A stretch of 64,000 nt of DNA from Octopus vulgaris (taxonomy: Eukaryota). Of this stretch, positions 41,787 to 55,429 are shown piece by piece. The position numbers and the translations under genes were made by a program. The stretch covers positions 67,828,001 through 67,892,000 of the forward strand of contig OX597826.1 of NCBI GenBank assembly GCA_951406725.2, written 5' to 3'. Each line of letters begins with the position of its first letter. Within the stretch, counting starts at the first letter, position 1. The notes below the pieces were generated by a model. That model was given only the letters and a program-made list of their open reading frames with translations, was not told the DNA's origin and searched no databases.

Positions 41787-43232
41787 GTATATATATGCAC
41801 ATGCATACATATATATCTATATATCTGTGTGCGTGTGTATATATAGATAGATAAATATACAGGGTCGGGAAGCAAAACTTTTGAAAGCCTTCCTTTTCAG
41901 AAATTCCTGATCGTAAATACTAAAATATTGTGTTCTATTTCAGGGTGGAGGTATATAGAGTTAATCTAAACAGAAGTTCCAGTCATACGATCTTGCATAT
42001 TCACTCAAAAAGCCCCAAAACAACGCATTGCAGATTTGCTTCGTGGCACGGTTGCAATTAGACGTATTGCTGAGCAGTCGAGGCTCCTGTGGGCATTGTC
42101 TACAATTTTAAGAACCGAATGCTGGATATAGGAGGCATCAAGAGAAAGCAAGGAAGTGGATGCATAAAGTCGAGTTTGACGAGCTCCCACCGGTCCGGGA
42201 ATTAGACGATTTGAAACCCTGTAGGAACTTTTAAAAGCAAGTGAGTAAAACTTGTATTTCGTAACAAAAGAAAAAAAAAAGAAAGAAGATAGACTGTTAA
42301 AAAGTTTAAAGGAAAAAGAAAAAGAAACATCCAAAAAAATATAGAAACAAGAAAAGACTGTAATAACGTTTAATTGTAAAAAAAGAAATCACGGTTTCGT
42401 CTCGGAGCAGGACCGAGAAAACCGTATCATATTCATTGTAATTTAATTCATTTTACATCCATTCTTTCATGTGCTTTCGTTCCCGCATGTCCTGTGTTGT
42501 CCCCTCTGTGTTCAGGCCTTGTGCCTGTAATAAAGATTTAAACCAGGATTGTAACTTTTCTGCGTTCGCCTGCTGCTGCTTTGTGAATTTATTTGGTTAA
42601 TGTATTTTTGTTGTTAATTGTATGCTAAAGTTGTTACGCGCTTGTGGGAATCGAACTGTTGTCGTCGTTGTAACGGACATTTTCGCCCTTTGGGGCAGAA
42701 AACTAATCACTGCATAACTTATTGAGCTGCTTTTTGTGTTTCGTTTTTACCTGTCGCAGGTTAAAAAATTTATTTTTGTCATTGTGACAAAACTAATTGC
42801 TTTTTTTTTGTGTATTCGAAGGCCATTTGCAAAAATGGATTTAAAATTATTGTCGAAAGTCGACTTTCTGTTCTTAGGGGAGGATTTCCCGGCCATAAAA
42901 GAAAGTAACCGAGTCTGTAACCAGGAAGGGAAGGAAAAGGCAAGTTTTTTCTGCTGCTGTCGGTGGCAATTTCAGTGAATTGGATGTATCTAAGGAATAT
43001 TTATTTAAGTTTCGAAACCTGATAAAGAAAAGTGGAAACGAAACCAAGCTTCTGCCAGCACAGGACATGATACAAAGTCTTAGTGCCAGAACGGTAGTAT
43101 ATAAAATATACAACCGTAAAGAAAAAAGAATTATGTCAGTGAAGAACGAGGTTGTAGAGAAGTGCCTCGCCCCCATATGGGGAAAAATTACCTATGTCGG
43201 GCAAGGACCTAGAATCTATTGAAGAGCAATTG

Positions 43233-43712
43233 GATCTTTTCGGTTTGAACGGCAGTTTGTAACATAATTTCTAGGTAACTAAAAAATTTTAAACTTCGTA
43301 TACTGGTAGAATGTGTTTATAAAACATCATTTTCTCTTGGCTTTATTGAGAAAATTCTATAGTTTGTAACATATTTCATCTTTAATTTCTTGCATTTCTG
43401 CAATTTTAACCAATCAATTACCTCCGTTTAGGTAAACAACATTTTGTGTCGTATGAATATGTCCCTCGTTTAAGAAACAGATTGGGTTTATTTACAATTG
43501 TGAAGAAAAAGATACCCTTTCCCTAACCTTAACCCTAAATCTAACATAGATTGAAATGCAATAGATCGATACTCGGGTCATAATTATGGGTGACAATTTC
43601 ATAGGACACCGCTTGAAAAAACTCCCATTTTCTCTAGCGGTGTCAAATGAAATTGTCACCCATAATTATAACCCCAGTATCGATCTATTGCATTGCAATC
43701 TATTTTAGATTT
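43233..43712. repeat. Dispersed repeat with (CCCTAA)-like units and an ~85-bp-arm hairpin (43537-43712)
   Basis: Start GGATCTTTTCGGTTTGAACGGCAG, related to about 38277-38450; telomere-like units at 43521-43545. Confidence 0.8.
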
Positions 43713-43969
43713 GTGGCCAATAAAGTAATATAAATTACCATCTGTGGTAGAATTTGAAGAGGTAATGACTTTTGTGTTATAAATACGATATCAGCTGAAT
43801 TGTAAAAACAGTAAAATGCAACTTTCTACTTTGGGGAGTTGGAAGCCATTTCATTACCATAATTTTTCACACCTCATAATTCACTCGTAAATCCTTCTAT
43901 GTACCCCACGCTTGTCCTTGTAATGTCCTTTCTATAAAAGGCTTTATGCCTATAATAAAGGAAAAACCG

Positions 43970-44028
43970 GTGATTGTCACACGCTGATGTCGGGTCAATA
44001 CTCAGAAACCGGAGTCCGTGTGTATCAC
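43970..44028 (+). ncRNA. Type I hammerhead-like ribozyme (A9U variant)
   Basis: GTGAT-tgt-CACACG / CGTGTG-t-ATCAC bulged stem I; CTGATGt 43984-90; GGGT-caat-ACTC; GAAA 44005-08; minimal stem III; GUC triplet ending at 44016. Confidence 0.65.
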
Positions 44029-44187
44029 GTCAGGCTGGAGATGGGAACGATGACTTCCTTTTGCAAATACTAATAGGGCACAGAAAGTGTGTCAATAGGC
44101 AGCTGGAGGAGCTCTGCCTGGGGCTACAAGCTACAGTAGCATCCACCCTTAAGGGATAGCCACATTTAAATGGCAAATATACTTCAC

Positions 44188-44250
<63 letters not shown>

Positions 44251-45385
44251 CAACAGGGTATGTATGCATGTGTATGTATATGTGAGTGTGTGCGTTTGTA
44301 TGTGCTTATGTATACGTGAAGATTTGTACGTTTGTTTTATATATGACTTATATATCTGCATATACACATACATACTTCTGGAAAGTTTTACAAATTTTTC
44401 AGTTCTAGTGATGGATTGGATCTATAGTCTTCGAATCAGCATTCTCCTTGTGGCTTTTGGGGAGACTAATTCCTCGATATTGTTATTTAGGTAGTGTATT
44501 ACATATCCCGGGGCCTCAATAATTACAAGTATAAACCTGAACTCGTAATCTGGATAGAGGAACAGAAGATTTCTCAGATTGTATGCACGTATCTGTGTAT
44601 GTATGTATGTATGTATGTATGTATGTATGTATGTATGTATGTATGTATTTGTATCAATGCATGTGTATGTGTGTGCGTAGGCATCTTTGAGCATGTATAT
44701 GCTTATGTAGATGTGTGATTGTATGTGTGTAATCCTTTCTCAACCTTGGAACGTTATTCCGTTGACGATAATCAACAAAACACCAAAGAAATGTCACATT
44801 TCTCATCATTTTCACTTTTTCTTCTTGGTTCTATTTGGCCGTCCAGTTTTGTTTTTCTTCTTAGTTATTCCCCAATCTCTGTTGCGCATTTGTTTATTTT
44901 CTTATTCATTTTAAAATTCTCTTCTCATTTCTTCCAGCCTCCTACCTCAACCATTGTACATTCAATTCGTTTCATTATTATTTTCTTTTAATTCCGTTCA
45001 CGCTTAGAAATACATTCAGTCGTCATATGCATTTATTTATTCAAATATTAGAAGATTAGCTTTTTCTTTTTTTATAAAACTCAATTTCATCAAATATTGA
45101 TAAGGATATCAGAAATGGAATAAAGATTGAATAAGAGGCAACGCGAAAATCGGAATAAACAACTGAAAAAACGCAGTTCCAGTTTTGATGTAGCATAATT
45201 AACTCTATTTATTGTGTACGTTTTGGCTGCGGCTTTGGTTGTGTGCAAAGAATTTTGCTTACAAACAACCTGGTTACAGGTTCAGTCCCATTGCGTGGTT
45301 CCTTGGGCAGATGTGTTCTCGTAGCCTTGCACGGACCGAGGCCGTCTAAATGGGTTTGGTACACGGAAACTGAAAATAGCCAGTC

Positions 45386-45387
<2 letters not shown>

Positions 45388-45427
<40 letters not shown>

Positions 45428-45434
45428 GTATATG

Positions 45435-45491
<57 letters not shown>

Positions 45492-45580
45492 GTATTTATA
45501 TATATGTATATATATATATATGTATATGTATATGTATGTGTATATATATATATGTATATGTATATATATATGTATATGTG

Positions 45581-45632
<52 letters not shown>

Positions 45633-45645
45633 ATATATATATGTA

Positions 45646-45676
<31 letters not shown>

Positions 45677-45774
45677 ATATGTATATATATATATATATGT
45701 ATATATGTATATATGTATATGTATATATATATGTATGTGTATATGTATATATATGTATGTGTATATGTATATAT

Positions 45775-45816
<42 letters not shown>

Positions 45817-45862
45817 GTATATGTATATGTATATATATAAATATATATATGTGAGTGTGTGT
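45388..45862. repeat. Compound (TA)n/(TATG)n array
   Basis: Direct read. Confidence 0.97.
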
Positions 45863-47480
45863 GCTCATGTGTCTGCCAACTTTGTCATGGCATACTTGGA
45901 AGTCTAAATATACGAGCACGCTAGACTGAAATTTGGAAACAACTTACAAAAATACTCACCAACTGGAAACGCTACCTGGATGACTGTTTCATAACAGTCA
46001 CATAAACATGAACAATTCTCAAAATTTAAATTCTTAATCAACAGTAATAACCAGAATAACCATTTGCTACCCAAAACATTCTAAAATAAATACACCGTTC
46101 ACCTTCCGAAGCCCGAGAAAAGCGACTCAAAGAATTTTAAAATACATTACTAGATAGAAAATACCTGACCAGTCTAATAAAAAATGGAATAGAACGCGCC
46201 AAATTGCCCACCAAAAATACAATCCCACATGTCAGAACGTGCAACTGACCTAACTGTGGAACTTGCATCTTCTTCTTAGAGGGCCCAACATACAAATTTC
46301 AGTCAGGTCAAAAGTTTACCATAAAATATGACTTCACCTATGCTTCGAAGAACTTAATCTATGTTCTCAAATGTGGAGGTTGTAGCGGTGACTACATTGG
46401 TCAAACTAGCTTAACTTTGAGTGATAGACTTACGGTACACAGGCAACAAATCCGGGACCCCACCACTAGGAAAATTCCCGTAAGCAAGCACCTAGACCAA
46501 TGCCCCGCAGACACAAACACTAAATTTCAAATCTTCCTTTCTATCAATGCTCTGGAAACACTTCAACCCAAATCCGTTTAAATAAGGAAAGCATACTGAT
46601 TAAAAAATATAAACCACAACTGAATATCGTTTAGAAAGAAGAAAAAGCAGTAAAAAGAATAGAAAAAAGATTCAATTCCAATACAAAACAACAAGGGAGA
46701 ACAAAAAAATTGTTTTGAAATCTTTAGTAACAATCTTCCACCCGGTTTCCGAAACCGCGACTCCAAATCATCACACAAACACCAGTTGACGACGTCACCT
46801 ACTTCTAGTCCAATGAAATTCTACAAACACCAGACCAATTAAAACCCAACTTCAACAAATACAACGAAATGACCCTTTAAAGAACCAACGAACCAGAACG
46901 ACTTATGACCGTCTCCACAGGGAAACCAACCAAACATAACGACAAGCTTGACCACGGAACAAAAAGCGTCACCAGTATTTTAACGAATCAAAAATTAGAT
47001 CTGCTCGCGTAAAAAAATATAAATACATCTGGTCCCACTACAAATAAAAGCGTCTACTAGAAGAGGATCAAAGAAACTGTAAACTAAATACCTTTTTTTA
47101 ATATTTTCATTTCACCCTTGTTTTTTTCAGTATGACTTGCCGACCACCACTAATTTTAATGAACTTTGTACTTTCAAACAAATTGATATTCAGTTTTAAT
47201 ATTATTGACTACTATGAACATTCAAACTTACACCTGTCCTCCAAATTCACAATGCTAAATTTATCTGTTTTGAACATGTTAATTTATCAATATCGAAACA
47301 TTTAAAGATGTTTTTCTAATTCATAGTTTTAAACTTTTACTATTGATAAACAAACATGTTTTTCTAATTCATAACTTTACACTTTTACCATTGATAAACA
47401 AAAAATATTGTTGAAACTAGTTTGGTATATATGTAAATAAATGTATTTTAAAAATTTACGGGTTTTTAAATTTAGGTGTA
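45863..47480 (+). mobile_element. Penelope-like element relic (RT + GIY-YIG + 3' region with degenerate HHR at 47386-47427)
   Basis: [53 protein letters not shown]; TACCA-tTGATaA-acaa..ttgtt-GAAAC-ta-GTT-TGGTA. Confidence 0.88.
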
Positions 47481-47913
47481 TTTTCAACAACGTATTTTCA
47501 TATATATATATATATATAGTATACATAATATAAATAAAAAATATATATATATGCATATATACATATATACATGTGTTCGCTACATTACTTCTTCTGGACT
47601 AATGGCCCTGCATGTTTGTTTTCGTTTGGTTAGTTATATGTCTCTACTGTCAGGTTTTTCTTACCAACTTTGACCCTCTACAAATCCCGAATTTTATTTT
47701 GGTTCGCGGGAGCAACTGTTTTTCGAAACCTTATTTGGACGTCAATTGCTCCAAATGTGGTGTAGATGAACGACCGACAATTGATGAAGGGTCGCTCTTT
47801 ATGTTACTTGTCTCGTTTTCTATTTGCTTCTCTCATTGTTCGCATACCCAAATGTGCCTTCGTATTTCATGTTGTTTACGTCTCATGACGTCCTATACAC
47901 ATATATGCATATA

Positions 47914-47973
<60 letters not shown>

Positions 47974-49097
47974 GGTATGTACATATATGTATATATGCAT
48001 ATATATATGTTTTGTGTCTGTCTTTGTTCCCCCCTCTCTTGACAACTGATGCTGGTGTGTTTAACTAGTGGTTCTGCAAAATTGACCGATAAAATAAGTA
48101 CCAGCCTTTCAAAGAAGTCCTGGAACCCCAGCACGGCCACAGTCAAATGACCGAGACAAGTAAAAGAGTAAGCAGGTCGTTATACCAGAGAGATACGCTG
48201 ATATATCCAGCCTTGGCGTGAGACAAGAAAATAAATACCTCCACCAACGTCTGCACGATATGTATTTGAAGTCCGAGTGAAACGTATATTATTGGTATCA
48301 TATATCTGTAATGTGGCTAGTGTGTAATGGCCGCAAGTAAACGACCATTGACTACTTAGTCTCCTAACCGACCAGACCAGCTGAGACAAGACATTCGCAA
48401 CGTGATTTCAAAGAATCAAAAGAACTGATCGCATCTCATTATCAAAGTTAGCTTCTGGCGAAACATATTTAAGTGGAAATAAATCTGAAGCATCTGAACT
48501 TTCATTGTATAAAAAATTCAGATTGGTCTGGGTGCATATAAGAAAGACAATATATATATATATATTTATAGATTTGTTTTTCATGTAATCTATGTGAGTT
48601 TACTTCTGCGTATACATGTGTATATGTGTGTGTGTGTAAATGTCTTTGTATACTTGTGGAGGTCATGTGCGAACTTTATTCCTTACAGTAATATCAATTC
48701 TATTATTGGATGTTGTAAAAGATTTGGATAAACCTCTGTTTCGTGAAAAAGAAAGTGAAAGAAAAGAAGACAAAAAACCGGCAGATAAAAAAACACGAAA
48801 AGAAAAAAAACAAATTTGAAAAATAAATGTTTATCGATAGAAAAAGTCTGCACCAGCCGAATGTTTACCATAATTTCATAATTCAATTGACAATTCTTTG
48901 GTAAATAACAGAAACATACAAACTTACAAATATGACAAGGGAAATAATGTGTGTGTGTATGTATGTATTTACGCACCTACATATATCTGTTTTTCTTCGT
49001 GTATATATATATTTTTTTTTCTTTTCCAATGTGCATTTTCACTTATTTTTCTTATTTACCCCTTACATTTCCACGTGTAGTTTCTATTTTCTTTTTG

Positions 49098-49140
<43 letters not shown>

Positions 49141-49406
49141 GTATGTATATAAATTTCTGTGTGCGTGTATTTGCATTTGCGTTTGTCCAACCCACCATTA
49201 CTTGACAACCGATGTTTGTGTGTTTATGTCCGCGAAACACAGCGGTTCAGCTTAGGAGAACGATGGAATAAGTATTATACTTACAAATAATAAATTCAGT
49301 GTCGATTTCTCTTCGACCAGAGGCGGTGACCCGGCACGGCCGTAATCAAACGACTTAAACTTGTAAAAGAGAATATGTATATATATATATATATATATAT
49401 AGTAGG

Positions 49407-49457
<51 letters not shown>

Positions 49458-49524
49458 ATGGATAGATAGAGAGAAACAACATACTGCTTTGCACGCACGA
49501 ATATTTTTTAATGCCAATAATTAC

Positions 49525-49572
49525 CTTTCGAATAGGATTTGATTCCCCAAGTGCAGATGACAGAGTGGATAC
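49525..49572 (-). CDS. Possible 48-nt internal exon (all three frames open)
   Basis: Minus strand CATTTTCAG|GTATCC...TTCGAAAG|GTAATT; length divisible by 3; non-repetitive context. Confidence 0.3.
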
Positions 49573-50257
49573 CTGAAAATGTTTGGATAAGCAAATACAA
49601 TGATGTTTAATCGTCATCTTGAGTTAGGCAATGAGTGAACTGAGACGGTTTATGTTTTATCCACGTAATTTTTTTTCTTAATCCCGACGCCATGTTTTTC
49701 TCACCGTGCCTATATTGGAGCGAATTATTAGTTGTAAATGGCATTGGATTAAAAGAATATTTAGAGAGTTTGAAGACATCCTTTGTGGTACTTTTATCTG
49801 GATCTCTTCGTTCTGTGGTCAACGTAACATTTTGATCTTCCTTGAGAGATCGCCAATATACAGTAATTCTAGTGGATTACTGGTGTCACTATTACCGACC
49901 AGGCTTCTGCATTGTCTTAAATACACTGTCAGTAAATTACACCATTTATCCAAAAAAATAATGAAGATAAGTCGTTGATGGAATGCTAATTTGAATATAA
50001 GCGACGTGGGTTAGAGCTGAACCGAAGTGAAACAAGGACGATAAGGTATTTTATTTAAGAATAATCTCGTGGAAATTAGATTTCAATTAACGACACCCAC
50101 TGCGATAATGATTATAATTATTTCAAAATTCATATTTCATATTCCGCTTCTAATATCAAACATACATACAAAAAAAGAAACAAACAAAGAATACTGAAGA
50201 AAAAAATCGCTCAGCCATATCGTATTGTAGTAGGCTAGTTTCAAAAGCATGACGAAC

Positions 50258-50797
50258 AGCAAGCTGGCAGAAACGTTAGCACGCCAGGTAAATGCTTAGC
50301 GGTATTTCGTCTGCGTTACGTTGTGAGTTCAAATTCCACCGAGGTCGACTTTGCCATTCATCTTTTCGGGGTCGACAAATTAAGTACCAGTTACGCACTG
50401 GGGTCGATGTAATCGACTTAATACCTATGTCTGTCCTTGTTTGTCCCCTCTGTGTTTAGCCCGTTGTGGGTAATAAAGAAATAGGTATTTCGTCTGCCGT
50501 TACGTTCTGAGTTCAAACTCCGCCGAGGTCGACTTTTGCCTTTCATCCTCTCGGGGTCGATTAAAAAAGTACCAGTTACGCACTGGGGTTGATATAATCG
50601 ACTTAGTCCGTTTGTCCTTTCTGTGTTTAGCCCCTTGTGGGTAGTAAAGAAATAGGTATTTCGTATTTGTTTACGTTCTGAGTTCAAATTCTGCCGAGGT
50701 CGAATTAAGTACCAGTTGAATACTGTTGTCTTGGGGACAATCTAATCGACTGCCCCTCCCCCAAGTTTTCGGGCCTTGTGCCTAGAGAAGGAAAGAA
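50258..50797 (+). mobile_element. SINE family A multimer (three body units)
   Basis: One head; repeated GGTATTTCGT...GAGTTCAAA...GAGGTCGA units; one tail. Confidence 0.9.
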
Positions 50798-51483
50798 TGT
50801 GAATGTAAGTCAAAATGCAAATTATTCACCGAAGCCTTTTCTATTTACAATTAATTTCCCTTAAGAAAGAACTGAAGGGACATACACAAACGTTGATTAT
50901 GACCCTTGCAGCAAAGATTCATTTTGAATAAATATTTTATTGGGTTTATATTGACCGATAATATTTATATGCAAGCATTCCTTTATCGATTGCTGATTAT
51001 CGAATTGTTGCGTTAGATATTTATATAAACGGTTGCAATTCGACTAAGATTTGCGTCAGGAAACGTAATTACAGATGCGCTCACAAATGCATGCATTCTA
51101 TATGTATGCATATGTATGTGCGTGTATATATATAATATATGTATGTATGTATGGATGTATATGTATGTATGCATATGTATGTATATATATGTATGTCTAT
51201 AAGTATGCACATATACATATATGTGTATGTATATATATATATATATACATATATTTGTATATACATATATGTGTGTGAGTGTGTGTGTTTGTGTGTCTGT
51301 GAACGTACCTATGTGAATGCTCACACATGCACACTAATATACTTACACATATATGCATGTTTATACATATATACATATACATGCGTATAAAACGTATTTT
51401 TCCATGATCCATCTCTCATTTACACACACACACACGTGTATATATATATATATGTATGTATTATATATATATATATATGTCTG

Positions 51484-51543
<60 letters not shown>

Positions 51544-51562
51544 TATATATATATATATATAT

Positions 51563-51609
<47 letters not shown>

Positions 51610-51696
51610 ATATATGTATGTATATATATATATATATATATATTTATGTATTATATATATATATGTATGTATGTATTATATATATATATATGTACG

Positions 51697-51747
<51 letters not shown>

Positions 51748-51819
51748 TATATCTATGGTCAGAAGGTTTGAGGTACGTAGCATTTGATAAATCTATGATA
51801 AATCTTTTTCAATGGAAAG

Positions 51820-51930
51820 CTGTGCTGAAGAAGGATGTGAAATATATATGCAATATATATTAAATATATATCAAAAATATATGGAATATATATTCAATAT
51901 GTTTGTAATCCAGAAACATGATGTTCACAG
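51820..51930 (+). ncRNA. Type I hammerhead ribozyme, copy 1
   Basis: Stem I CTGTG/CACAG; CTGAAGA 51825-31; a-GGAT...ATCC-a with a long AT-rich loop; GAAA 51913-16; CAT-g-ATG; GUU, cleavage after 51925. Confidence 0.78.
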
Positions 51931-52435
51931 ATAACCGCCAGACTTCGTATTCGTTATCTATTCCTTCTGTTTTGCATATGTGAGTTACAGGGTCTGTCAT
52001 GCCCGGAGTCCAACTTTGATAGAAATAAGCATTCTTGACTGCTATTTCTATTTTTTCGGTATGCGGTCAAGCAACCTGTTTTGCCTGTCCCTTTTTCTTA
52101 TATACAATATATATACTGAACTTTACAGAAGTTCCTGCCGGTAATCGGCTATATTTACATACCGAATTCTACCAGTAAATAATTGGGTTTTTTTTTAAAG
52201 CCTTTATAGAAATTATTTACTCTTATCATTATATTACTATTTGGATTTTTCACTCCCTTTGACAACCTAACTGTAATGCGCATGGCAAAAGTTTGGAGGG
52301 AAGATTTATGAATTCAAACGTCTATGTAGGTTTAGCCTTTGCTCACTTTCTTCAAATATTTTGATGTCGCATGGTCAGAAGGTTTGAGGTACGTAGCATT
52401 TGATAAATCTATGATAAATCTTTTTCAATGGAAAG

Positions 52436-52546
52436 CTGTGCTGAAGAAGGATGTGAAATATATATGCAATATATATTAAATATATATCAAAAATATATGG
52501 AATATATATTCAATATGTTTGTAATCCAGAAACATGATGTTCACAG
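52436..52546 (+). ncRNA. Type I hammerhead ribozyme, copy 2
   Basis: Same as copy 1, offset 616 bp; cleavage after 52541. Confidence 0.78.
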
Positions 52547-52881
52547 ATAACCGCCAGACTTCGTATTCGTTATCTATTCCTTCTGTTTTGCATATGTAAG
52601 TTACAGGGTCTGTCATGCCCGGAGTCCAACTTTGATAGAAATAAGCATTCTTGACTGCTATTTCTATTTTTTCGGTATGCGGTCAAGCAACCTGTTTTGC
52701 CTGTCCCTTTTTCTTATATACAATATATATACTGAACTTTACAGAAGTTCCTGCCTGTAATCGGCTATATTTACATACCGAATTCTACCAGTAAATAATT
52801 GGGTTTTTTTTTAAAGCCTTTATAGAAATTATTTACTCTTATCATATATATATATGTATGCATATATGTATATATAAATGC

Positions 52882-52942
<61 letters not shown>

Positions 52943-53945
52943 ATTTGCAAGCATCTTTGTGGCTGTTGTTGCGTTCAGATCCTCCGCGGAGATGCAGATT
53001 TGTGGACATCAAGGAAAAAAATGCTCGTTCAGTCGTATATCACCGTGGGGACGAGCTCCCAGTATCTTTAAGACCCCAGACAATCTGCTTAGCAGCATTT
53101 CGTCCGTCTGTACATTCTGATTTTAAACTCCGCCACGGTCGATTTACCTTTCGTCGTTTCAGAGTCAAGGAAGTAAGTACCAGATTTGCACTGGTATCAA
53201 AGTTATGGTTTGCCGTCCACCTCACAAATATATTGCCTTTTTGGCTATTTTGCAATTAATATTGTTATTAGTTTTATTGTTAGTTTTATTTTGGAGAATG
53301 AGATGTCTTTTCTAGAGTAAATAGCTAATGATTTCTTTAAATTTCAATCATGCGAAAGAAGACATTTTGCACAATTCCAAAATATGTTATTATGAAGTAA
53401 TTTCAATCTGATTTTTCAATTTTTCAACAAACAAAATTAAAGGGAAATAATATATTTTATCTTTATTATTGATATTTCGTTTACAAAACTTCGATGCATT
53501 TCTCTTATGACGTCGTAATAAGACAATTTCTGTAGTAAATGCGTGAGCCATTTTTTACTTTTGTGTTTATATCTTCAATGCTTCAGCAGACACCAGCATC
53601 GGATTTATAGACGGCTTTGTCTATAATCAGTATTGCATTGAGATATTTCACCAACTGTAGGATAGGTAAGCATAGGCATATATCCACACGCAAACACATA
53701 CCGACATATATAACCAGCTGCACATATTAATATATACACAAGCGCATCCTTGTAACAGCGTATATCGATCATTGCTGCACTCACGTTGTGGGCCTACCCG
53801 TAGATTGATGCAGGGAAACATGTTAGCTTCTAAAGAGTAGGTTAGCTAGTTTGTTTGCTTTTGAAAACATTTTCTGTTAGGATGTCCCTACATAAAATAA
53901 ATATATATTGTGATGCTGAGAACAGAACTGTGTCGGTCCTACATA

Positions 53946-54156
53946 CTCTTTTACTCTTTTACTTGTTTCAGTCATTTGGCTGCGGCCATGCTGGAGCACC
54001 GCCTTTAGTCGAGCAAATCGACCCCGGGACTTATTCTTTGTAAGCCCAGTACTTATTCTATCGGTCTCTTTTGCCGAACCGCTAAGTGACGGAGACGTAA
54101 ACGCACCAGCATCGGTTGTCAAGCAATGCTAGGGAGACAAACACAGAAGCACAAAC

Positions 54157-54193
<37 letters not shown>

Positions 54194-54365
54194 CATATAT
54201 ACGACAGGCTTCTTTCAGTTTCCGTCTACCAAATCCACTCACAAGGCATTGATCGTCCCGGGGCTATAGCAGAAGACAGTTGCCCAAGATGCCACGCAGT
54301 GGGTCTGAACCCGGAACCATGTGGTTGGTTAGCAAGCTACTTACCACACAGCCACTCCTGCGCCT
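53946..54365 (-). mobile_element. SINE family B, full length
   Basis: Nearly identical to 12755-13115, with the internal (CA)/(TA) tract present. Confidence 0.92.
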
Positions 54366-55095
54366 ATATGTATGTGGTATCCAGCAAATCGCATAACTGC
54401 TTCTTCCGAACGTTATCAGAGCTACATGGTTCCCTATAAAGGCAAATAAAAAAAAAAGAACTTCAAGACACAACCTCACACTTTGGTTTAACGGGTGGTT
54501 CATTGTTGACAGCCTGCATAGGCTCAGGAGGAAGTCAACAGCTCCGGGATAGAACGATATTTGCTCAGATACCGTGAGAGGAAAATAGTTTGTCAATTCG
54601 GTAGAGGCTGCTACATTCATTTGTATAATATTATTGCAAGCAGCATATGATCACCGAAGCAAAGTTCATTCACCTATATGAAACCAATATTTCAATATAC
54701 CTTGAGTCACAAGTTTATCCATGAAAAACTATTGACAAGATCGTCAGAACATGAATGTAAAATATCCACAACTAAAGACACATGGTTTATAGAGTAACGG
54801 AAATATTCGAAGTCAGTCCGGTGAACTCTCGAGTCTGTACACACCAGCTGCAACATGCTGGTTGGTGTCATAACATGGAATCAAGGGGTACAGACTGTGT
54901 CACGTAACCGTATAGACTCTTAGCTAGGCCCTTTCAGTGCTGAAAGCCGGGGGTTCCAAACAGAAACTTACAAATCCGTTTCTTCCCATGTACTCGTTAT
55001 GAAAATCATATTCACGTGGTAATGTTTTAGAAGAAATGTATTCTGTTGCATTTGTTATACAGGACAACAACAGATAAAGTCTAATTGCACACCTG

Positions 55096-55126
<31 letters not shown>

Positions 55127-55139
55127 ATGTAACTCTTTA

Positions 55140-55400
55140 ACTAGAATCAGCTAGAGAGTTGTGGCCATGCTGGGATACCGACATCAGCTTTCGTACAACT
55201 TCGTGCCTTGAAACCTCCTCTGATATGTGGCATTTGGTAAATGAGGAACTTTGAAATTGCTACTCTATCTATCTTGCCTGCTGCGAGGTAGGCTCATCTG
55301 GAACTCTTTACACGAGTAGAACCATATTTGTTTTGAAGGCATCTACAGCCAACTATGCACGTCTCTCATACACTTTGGGAGAATACTGAGGAATTCAGAT
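55140..55400 (-). mobile_element. CR1/L2-like LINE 3' end (same family as 19020-19560)
   Basis: Reverse complements of CCAGATGAGCCTAC and CCAAATGCCACATATCAGAGG. Confidence 0.8.
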
Positions 55401-55429
55401 GTGGGCCAGTGAGAGCCAAGAGTCAGAGG

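Larger units (their letters stand above)
51755..52845 (+). mobile_element. Retrozyme-like tandem repeat: 475-bp direct repeats with 616-bp period, flanked by (TA)n
   Basis: 51755-52229 and 52371-52845 differ at only about 2 positions seen by eye; each contains an HHR. Confidence 0.85.

Noticed and set aside
53587-53665. Plus-strand exon with a strong GTAAGC donor
   Set aside because: Stops in all three frames and no supporting neighbouring exons.
54366-54435. Minus-strand exon after a strong polypyrimidine acceptor (EPCSSDNVRKKQLCDLLDT)
   Set aside because: It runs directly into a SINE head with no donor site; unsupported.
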